Positions 26,376 through 32,000 of a stretch of 32,000 nucleotides of DNA are shown piece by piece (the first letter of the stretch is position 1; the number at the start of each line of letters is the position of its first letter). The position numbers and the translations under genes are program-made. This stretch comes from Copranaerobaculum intestinale (GTDB taxonomy: Bacteria; Bacillota_I; Bacilli_A; Erysipelotrichales; Erysipelotrichaceae), in NCBI RefSeq assembly GCF_009831105.1, contig NZ_WUUQ01000001.1, forward strand, positions 690,001 to 722,000. The letters are read 5' to 3'. The notes below the pieces were generated by a model. The model was not told the origin of the DNA. It saw nothing but the letters and a program-made list of their open reading frames with translations, and ran no database searches.

Positions 26376-26389
26376 TCAGCGGTCTTTTT
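26361..26389. terminator. Bidirectional intrinsic terminator built from the 3' codons of both convergent genes
   Basis: Plus strand: GATCGCT (26367-26373), loop GATC, AGCGGTC (26378-26384), then TTTTTG; 7 bp with one G-U. Minus strand: the same hairpin with one C-A mismatch, followed by TTTATTTTCC. Both stop codons lie inside it (TGA 26373-26375, TCA 26376-26378). Confidence 0.55.
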
Positions 26390-28004
26390 GTTGGTGTAAA
26401 TATTCCAGCATCGCATCCCTTACAAGCGGCCGGCTGAAATAATAGCCCTGGATCGTATCGATAGAAATATCGGACAGCCGGGCGAGCTGACCGGCGGTTT
26501 CTATGCCTTCTAAACAGATTGCGCAGCCCAGCTCCTTGCCTATATCGGTAATCAGTCGAATGAACATGCTGTCAGCAGGATGAGTTTCCAGGTTTATGAC
26601 AAAGGAACGGTCAATCTTGATGATATCAATCGGCATTTGACGAAGAAAAGACAAAGAGGCATACCCGGTTCCAAAATCATCCATGGCGATGCGGATACCC
26701 ATAGCCCGCAGCTTATTCAGTATGGGCTTAACGATAAGAAAATTTTCGGCGATGCGGGTTTCGGTTATTTCGATAATGAGGGCGGTGCTCGGAACTTGGT
26801 AGCGGCAAAGCACTGCATGGATGATTTCTGTTATGTGATCTTCTAAAAGCTGGGGATAAGAAAGATTAATACTGATGGAAAGGGATGAATCTTCTTTTCT
26901 CATCACTGCGAAGTCACGCAGTGCCTGATTGAAAAGCCAACCGGTTATTTCAAACAGCAGACCGCTTGCTTCCAGAATGGGAACAAAGGTATCACAAGGC
27001 TCCTGATTCCATCGCAGCAGTGCTTCCATTCCTTTCATCCTGCCATCCTTGGTAAGCTGCGGCTGATACATGAGATAAAAGCCCTGCATTTGATTATGAA
27101 TGCTTTGACGCAGGCTGACCCTTAGCTGCTCGCTTTGATGTTGCTGGATCTCTAGGGGCAGTGAGAAGGAACGTGATTTTGCTTTACCGTCTCGCTTGGC
27201 CTGTTTCATCGCAAACTGTGCGCGCTTACGAAGCCGATGCCATTCCTGCCCGTCTTTTGGATAACTGACGAAGCCGCAGCTTATCGTAGGCATTTCATTT
27301 GCGATGAATAGCTGATTCAAAACATTCACCCATCCTTGCAGAGTTGACGAAGAACAATTTGTGCACAGCACAGCGAACTGATCGTTTTCCAGCCGAAACA
27401 GCTTTGCTTTTTCGGGAAGGACCGATTGAAGGAAACCGGTAGTTCTTCGAAGCAGCTGATTGCCGGCGGTATAACCCAATGTATCGTTAAAGGACTGAAA
27501 ATTGTCGAGATCGAGTATACCGAGCAAAAATTGATCGATTTCTGGTTTATCGATATATTCATTACAGATATTTTCACAATGAAAGGCATCACGCAGGCCG
27601 CTGATTGGATCTATGTGGCGACTAAAGCTGGATATGATGATGCCGGCGATACAGGTTTGCTTTTGAAACTGAATTGTTTGTGCCTGAAATGTGAGGGGAA
27701 TGATTTTGCCGCTGCGGCTATAACAGTGAATATTGAGTGATGCATGTTTTTGATGTGTAAGGAGATGAATAAAATTTTGTAGGCTTGCTTGGTCTTGGGG
27801 ATAGGTAATATTCATCCAGCCATTCCATCCATTTTCCCGTGAGCTAAGATGAAATTCTTTCAGCAGTGAATCGCTCAGAAAAAGACCCCTATACATTGGA
27901 TCATATACAAAATAATGGGTATGGCACAGCGATGCCATGAGATTGAGCAGAGCTTGTATCATAAAATCACCGTTCTTATTGTGTGCTTCTCTTGAAAAAA
28001 ACAT
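26376..28004 (-). CDS. c-di-GMP phosphodiesterase: N-terminal PAS-like region, degenerate GGDEF domain, intact EAL domain
   Basis: EAL motifs GMEALLRW, IIEITET, DDFGTGYASL, IKIDRSF, LEGIET and QGYYFSRP are all present. The GGDEF position reads ENDQF, and GHxxGD reads GYTAGN. The start is ATG 28004 or ATG 27962; both have weak RBSs. Confidence 0.85.
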   Translation of the reverse strand: MFFSREAHNKNGDFMIQALLNLMASLCHTHYFVYDPMYRGLFLSDSLLKEFHLSSRENGWNGWMNITYPQDQASLQNFIHLLTHQKHASLNIHCYSRSGKIIPLTFQAQTIQFQKQTCIAGIIISSFSRHIDPISGLRDAFHCENICNEYIDKPEIDQFLLGILDLDNFQSFNDTLGYTAGNQLLRRTTGFLQSVLPEKAKLFRLENDQFAVLCTNCSSSTLQGWVNVLNQLFIANEMPTISCGFVSYPKDGQEWHRLRKRAQFAMKQAKRDGKAKSRSFSLPLEIQQHQSEQLRVSLRQSIHNQMQGFYLMYQPQLTKDGRMKGMEALLRWNQEPCDTFVPILEASGLLFEITGWLFNQALRDFAVMRKEDSSLSISINLSYPQLLEDHITEIIHAVLCRYQVPSTALIIEITETRIAENFLIVKPILNKLRAMGIRIAMDDFGTGYASLSFLRQMPIDIIKIDRSFVINLETHPADSMFIRLITDIGKELGCAICLEGIETAGQLARLSDISIDTIQGYYFSRPLVRDAMLEYLHQQKDR

Positions 28005-28076
28005 ACATCTGCCCGTGAAGAAGTATTTTTTGTTGTATAATATAAGACGATATGTTTACTTGGGAAGGATGTATAT

Positions 28077-28787
28077 ATGGAAGCAAAAAAGGATTATCAA
28101 AGGGGCTTGAAGGATGGTATACCGATCGGATTAGGTTATCTTTCAGTATCCTTTACATTTGGTATGATGGCAGCTGCTGCGGGTGTGCCGCCGCTGGCAG
28201 CGGTGCTGATTTCACTTACTAATTTGACTAGCGCCGGTCAATTTGCCGGTCTGTCGCTGATGATCGCGCATGGTTCCTTGCTTGAGATGGCACTGACGCA
28301 GCTGACGATCAATCTGCGTTACGCGCTGATGTCGCTTTCGTTGTCACAGAAGCTGGAGCCTGGCATCACAACCGTCCAACGCTGTATCGTGGCATTTGGC
28401 AATACTGACGAGATCTTTGCTTTGGCAAGCGGACAGGAAGGCAAGGTTAGCTCATGGTTCATGTATGGACTGATGACCCTGCCGATTCTTTGTTGGAGCT
28501 CAGGCACACTGCTGGGTGCGGTAGCCAATTCACTGCTTCCAGATCTGCTGCGTTCTGCTTTGGGTATTGCCATCTATGGTATGTTTTTGGCGATTATCAT
28601 TCCTCCGGCTCGTAAAATCGCATCAATCCGAAAAGTGCTCATTTTCTCCATTCTGCTCAGCTGTGCTTTCTATTATCTGCCGGTGCTGAAAGATATATCG
28701 AGCGGCTTTGTTATTATTATTTGCGCGGTCGGTGCGTCTGCTTTTGGGGCATGGATGTTTCCGATCAAGGAGGCTGATCCTTCATGA
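28077..28787 (+). CDS. azlC: AzlC-family branched-chain amino acid exporter subunit
   Basis: GLKDGIPIGLGYLSVSFTFGMMA N-terminus. 236 aa, multi-TM. Followed by an overlapping azlD-like gene. Confidence 0.8.
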   Translation: MEAKKDYQRGLKDGIPIGLGYLSVSFTFGMMAAAAGVPPLAAVLISLTNLTSAGQFAGLSLMIAHGSLLEMALTQLTINLRYALMSLSLSQKLEPGITTVQRCIVAFGNTDEIFALASGQEGKVSSWFMYGLMTLPILCWSSGTLLGAVANSLLPDLLRSALGIAIYGMFLAIIIPPARKIASIRKVLIFSILLSCAFYYLPVLKDISSGFVIIICAVGASAFGAWMFPIKEADPS

Positions 28788-29098
28788 GCATGGAATATTT
28801 AGGTTATATGATCGTTATGGCGGGAGTTACATATTTTATTCGCATGCTGCCGCTGGCGGTGTTTCAAAAGGAAATTAAAAGTGTTTTTTTGAAATCCTTT
28901 CTGTTTTATGTACCATATGCGGTTTTGGGGGCAATGACCTTTCCGGTCATTCTCTATTCCACCGATCATCGCTTATCTGCCTTGGGTGGCATGCTTGCGG
29001 CGCTGGTGATGGCATGGAGGGGCAAGGGATTACTGAGCGTGGCAATCAGTGCGGTACTGGCGGTGCTGCTCATTGAATACGGTCTGTTATACATATAG
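28784..29098 (+). CDS. azlD: AzlD-family small membrane subunit
   Basis: 104 aa with 3-4 TM helices. ATGA overlap with the azlC stop, which is the typical azlCD arrangement. Confidence 0.75.
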   Translation: MSMEYLGYMIVMAGVTYFIRMLPLAVFQKEIKSVFLKSFLFYVPYAVLGAMTFPVILYSTDHRLSALGGMLAALVMAWRGKGLLSVAISAVLAVLLIEYGLLYI

Positions 29099-29110
29099 GA
29101 GGTATATGGA

Positions 29111-29755
29111 ATGCGTACAGTTATATTTGATCTTGATGGACTTATGTTTGATACCGAACGGTTGGCGATGCAGGCATGGCGGGAAGTAGGTGCAAAGCAT
29201 CATATTTCGGTTTCTGATGAATTCCTGTATATGATTACCGGCGGTGGTCCGCAGCAATTTCAATATGCACTGACACAATATCCGGAAATAAGGAAAATTT
29301 CACCTGAGGTGAGCAATGTAAGGAGTCAGCTGATCCTTGCGCAGGCGCATGACGGCATTTTAAATAAACCCGGTTTGTGTGCGCTGCTGGATTATCTGGA
29401 TGAGCATAACTATCAAAAAGCAGTTGCCAGCAGCAGTGATCGAGCATATGTCGATACCCTGTTGGCGAGCATTGGCAAGCCTTATACTTTCGATGCCGTC
29501 GTCGGCGGGGATCAAGTCAAACATGCTAAACCGGCCCCGGATATATTTTTGAAAGCAGCGGAAAGCGTACACTGCCATCCCCGTGAATGCCTAGTGCTTG
29601 AGGATTCGAAGATGGGAACCATCGCTGCTATGAAAGCAGGTATGAACCGTATTTTTATTGAGGATCTGGTTCCGATTGATGAGGAGCTGAAACAGGTGAT
29701 TCAGCATCGCTGTGCTTCACTGTTTGATGTCATTGATTTTCTGAACGCACAATAA
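29111..29755 (+). CDS. HAD-IA family hydrolase (beta-phosphoglucomutase/phosphatase-like)
   Basis: VIFDLDGLMFDTE (DxDxT motif I), ASSS (motif II), K...PAPDIF and LEDSKMG (motifs III/IV). AGGAGG 8 nt upstream. Confidence 0.85.
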   Translation: MRTVIFDLDGLMFDTERLAMQAWREVGAKHHISVSDEFLYMITGGGPQQFQYALTQYPEIRKISPEVSNVRSQLILAQAHDGILNKPGLCALLDYLDEHNYQKAVASSSDRAYVDTLLASIGKPYTFDAVVGGDQVKHAKPAPDIFLKAAESVHCHPRECLVLEDSKMGTIAAMKAGMNRIFIEDLVPIDEELKQVIQHRCASLFDVIDFLNAQ

Positions 29756-29804
29756 CACCGAAAACCACGCATGGGCATATGATGAACTGAGGGGAAGTGT
29801 GCGT

Positions 29805-29912
29805 ATGCGTGAGAAATTTGAAAAGATGTTGTTTTATCTGACCTTTTTGGCTATTCTGATGATTGGAGTGGGTCTTATCTTTATCATTGATCTGATTGTG
29901 AGACATTTTTAA
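29805..29912 (+). CDS. Possible 35-aa single-TM peptide (below the ORF-track size cut-off)
   Basis: Translates as MREKFEKMLFYLTFLAILMIGVGLIFIIDLIVRHF. GAGGGGA lies 9 nt upstream, and a terminator follows at 29948-29968. The only support is the RBS, the hydrophobic-helix pattern and the terminator. Confidence 0.35.
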   Translation: MREKFEKMLFYLTFLAILMIGVGLIFIIDLIVRHF

Positions 29913-29947
29913 TAATGTAATTTGTATTACAAAAAATAAAATTGAAA

Positions 29948-29968
29948 GCGGACGACAGTCCGTTTTTT
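29948..29968 (+). terminator. Rho-independent terminator
   Basis: GCGGAC (29948-29953), loop GACA, GTCCGT (29958-29963), then TTTTT. Confidence 0.6.
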
Positions 29969-29979
29969 CATGCAAACAG

Positions 29980-30008
29980 TTGACAAGTTTGTGTATAGGG
30001 TATATATT
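29980..30008 (+). promoter_or_regulatory. Promoter of the gntR-ABC operon
   Basis: Consensus TTGACA at 29980-29985, a 17-nt spacer and TATATT at 30003-30008. Confidence 0.6.
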
Positions 30009-30032
30009 GTATATAACCAATATATACAATAT
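30004..30032. promoter_or_regulatory. Perfect 12-bp inverted repeat; candidate GntR (YtrA-type) operator
   Basis: ATATTGTATATA (30004-30015), spacer ACCAA, TATATACAATAT (21-32 of the same decade, 30021-30032). It contains a symmetric GT...AC core, overlaps the -10 and the predicted transcription start, and ends 17 nt before the GntR start codon. Confidence 0.6.
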
Positions 30033-30048
30033 TGGGAAGAGGTGAATT

Positions 30049-30423
30049 ATGGATATCATATTAAGTAATGTCAGTGATAAGCCGCTGTATGAACAGATTA
30101 GCATGCAGATAAAGAATTTGATCATGACAGGTTCTTTAAAGGAAGGGGACGCTCTTCCATCCATGCGCCAGCTGGCTAAGGAACTGCATATATCTGTCAT
30201 TACGACCAAGCGGGCATATGAAGAGCTGGAACGCGAGGGTTTTCTTGAAACCTCCACCGGCCGCGGCAGCTTTGTGGCAGGCGGCAATCAGGAAATGCTT
30301 CGGGAACAGCAGCTTCGGCAAATTGAGGAATGTCTGCAAAAAGCGGTGGATCTGGCAAAAACAAGCGGTATCAGTACCGATGAAGTAATGGATATCCTGC
30401 ATCTTCTTTACGAGGAGGATTAA
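30049..30423 (+). CDS. GntR-family transcriptional regulator, YtrA subfamily (short C-terminal domain)
   Basis: PLYEQISMQIKNLIMTGSLKEGDALPSMRQLAKELHISVITTKRAYEELEREGFL is a GntR wHTH. At only 124 aa it fits the YtrA type. Confidence 0.9.
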   Translation: MDIILSNVSDKPLYEQISMQIKNLIMTGSLKEGDALPSMRQLAKELHISVITTKRAYEELEREGFLETSTGRGSFVAGGNQEMLREQQLRQIEECLQKAVDLAKTSGISTDEVMDILHLLYEED

Positions 30424-30424
30424 G

Positions 30425-31285
30425 ATGGAAAACATTTTAGAGTTGCGGAATGTGACAAAAGAATATAAGAATTTTACGTTGGATCATGTTTCATTTGCAC
30501 TGCCCCAGGGTATGATCATGGGATTTGTCGGAGAAAACGGTGCTGGTAAAACTACCACGATCAAAACGATCCTCGATGTGGTGAAAAAGACCAGCGGTGA
30601 AATCTATCTATTTGGTCAGCCGATTGAACAGGACAGCTTGCAGATGCATGAAGATATTGCGGTTGTATATGATGATTGTTCGATTTCCAGTTTCTTTAAA
30701 ATAAAAGATGTGGAGCGGATGTTTAAAAGCTTTTATAAAAATTGGGACACAGCGAAGTTCAATACTTTGACAGAACGTTTTGAGCTGCCCGGGGACAAGA
30801 AAATATCTGCCTTTTCCCGGGGTATGAAAATGAAGCTTCAGCTTGCGATAGCCCTGGCTCACAATCCCAAGCTGCTTTTGCTGGATGAGCCGACCAGCGG
30901 TTTGGATCCGATTATTCGGGATGAAGTACTTGATATGTTTTTGGAATTTATTCAGGATGAAACACATAGTATTCTCTTTTCCAGCCATATCACTTCAGAT
31001 ATTGAAAAGATTGCGGATTATGTGACATTTATTCATAAAGGAAAGATTATTTTCTGTGAAAATAAGGATGATCTGCTTTCCCACACCGGTCTTTTAAAAA
31101 TAAAGCCAGCCGTTTTTGAACAGCTTGATCATGATAGCTGTATTCGTTACCGCAAAACTCTGGATCATTATGAAGTATTGATTAAGGATCGTTATGCTTT
31201 TCAAAAGAAGATGCCGGATGCGGTCATTGACCGAGTAACGTTAGATGACATTATGCTGATGTATGTGAAAGGAGAAACATTATGA
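30425..31285 (+). CDS. ABC transporter ATP-binding protein
   Basis: Walker A GENGAGKTT, signature FSRGMKMKL, Walker B LLLLDEPTSGLD and H-loop SSHI. 286 aa. Confidence 0.9.
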   Translation: MENILELRNVTKEYKNFTLDHVSFALPQGMIMGFVGENGAGKTTTIKTILDVVKKTSGEIYLFGQPIEQDSLQMHEDIAVVYDDCSISSFFKIKDVERMFKSFYKNWDTAKFNTLTERFELPGDKKISAFSRGMKMKLQLAIALAHNPKLLLLDEPTSGLDPIIRDEVLDMFLEFIQDETHSILFSSHITSDIEKIADYVTFIHKGKIIFCENKDDLLSHTGLLKIKPAVFEQLDHDSCIRYRKTLDHYEVLIKDRYAFQKKMPDAVIDRVTLDDIMLMYVKGETL

Positions 31286-31914
31286 AAGGCTTGATTATCA
31301 AGGATCTGCTTTCCTCGAAAGGACTTTTATCAGTTCTGGCGATCGGCGCGGCGATGATGTTTTTTTACAGCTTTCTGGGCATTGATGTAACGGTATTTGT
31401 CGTATTCTTCATCGGTCTGCTGGTCAGTGTGAATATGTTTGAGTTTGATGTCCGCTCAAATTGGGATCAGTTGGCTATCACCTTGCCGGTGCGCCGCCGC
31501 GATATTGTAACGGCTCGCTACATTTTTATAGGACTCTTGGTGACGGTTGCCCTGATCTTCGGTCTGTTGGTAAATTTCGTGCTGCATCCTGACAGCAATG
31601 TCGGCGATATGCTGTTTGAAAACAGCATCGTCATTTCAGTGATCTTTATCTATCTGTCTGTTTACATGCCGATTATTTATAAGTTCGGAGCGATGAAAGG
31701 ACGTTATATAAGCATGATGATTATCGTGATTTGTGCGGTTGGCGGGTATTTTCTCAGTACCGGGGCATTCTTCGAGAATACGGGACTTGCTATTCTTCAT
31801 GTTCTGAATGATATTAAGAATTATCTGCCTTATTTGGCGATGGGGCTGGCAGCCGTTTGTTATGTGATGTCGCTGTGTGCCTCTTGGCGGATTTATGAGA
31901 AGAAAGAATTTTGA
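31282..31914 (+). CDS. ABC-2 type transporter permease / membrane component
   Basis: 210 aa with about 6 TM helices. ATGA overlap with the ATPase stop, as in the usual GntR-ABC-permease trio. Confidence 0.7.
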   Translation: MKGLIIKDLLSSKGLLSVLAIGAAMMFFYSFLGIDVTVFVVFFIGLLVSVNMFEFDVRSNWDQLAITLPVRRRDIVTARYIFIGLLVTVALIFGLLVNFVLHPDSNVGDMLFENSIVISVIFIYLSVYMPIIYKFGAMKGRYISMMIIVICAVGGYFLSTGAFFENTGLAILHVLNDIKNYLPYLAMGLAAVCYVMSLCASWRIYEKKEF

Positions 31915-32000
31915 TACATTTCTTTGTATTTCGACAAGGTTCGAGGTTTCTATCCTTTATACTGAAATTTGTTTATGAAATATCCTGTCATAATCACCAA

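Noticed and set aside
29730-30287. 185-aa minus-strand ORF
   Set aside because: It runs through a terminator, a consensus promoter, the palindromic operator and the antisense of the GntR wHTH coding region. Its composition is not protein-like.
31915-32000. Possible 3' end of a minus-strand gene at the window edge
   Set aside because: Only about 16 codons before a stop are visible on the reverse strand, which is too little to support a call.
1-32000. Scan for CRISPR repeats, IS/transposase, integrase, toxin-antitoxin or known phage-defence genes
   Set aside because: Every ORF over 100 aa is accounted for by envelope-biogenesis, signalling, transport or housekeeping families. I saw no regularly spaced repeats or mobility genes.

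Overview
This window looks like chromosomal DNA from a low-GC Gram-positive (Bacillota-type) bacterium. It has AGGAGG-type ribosome binding sites (RBS), hairpin plus T-run terminators and tightly coupled operons. All family calls come from motifs read in the supplied translations; no searches were run.

Layout:
- 1-9912 (+): a very AT-rich cell-wall polysaccharide locus. It holds the 3' end of an ABC-2 exporter permease, a GT2, a WsaF-like glycosyltransferase, an SDR epimerase, a DUF2142 GT-C membrane protein, a polyprenyl-phosphate GT2 with a DUF2304 partner, a GT4, a Wzx flippase and LicD.
- 10003-11175: a MerR wHTH fused to a SAM-methyltransferase fold.
- 11234-14919: rmlA-C-B-D plus a small anchored protein.
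- 15051-15815: an exported PIG-L deacetylase.
- 15881-19694 (-): a yfhO-gtrA-csbB-type glycosylation operon.
- Then a CDP-alcohol phosphatidyltransferase, a CBS-type family II pyrophosphatase, a DUF554 protein and tRNA-Thr(CGU).
- 23655-28004: a convergent pair, a GGDEF cyclase and an EAL phosphodiesterase.
- Then azlCD, a HAD hydrolase, and a YtrA-type GntR with a two-gene ABC module.

I found no CRISPR array, IS element, integrase, prophage or recognisable defence system. The least-described items are:
- a MerR-type 19-bp-spacer promoter in front of rml, next to the MerR-methyltransferase fusion;
- the exported PIG-L enzyme;
- the unusual cyclase architecture;
- a bidirectional terminator built from the last codons of two genes.
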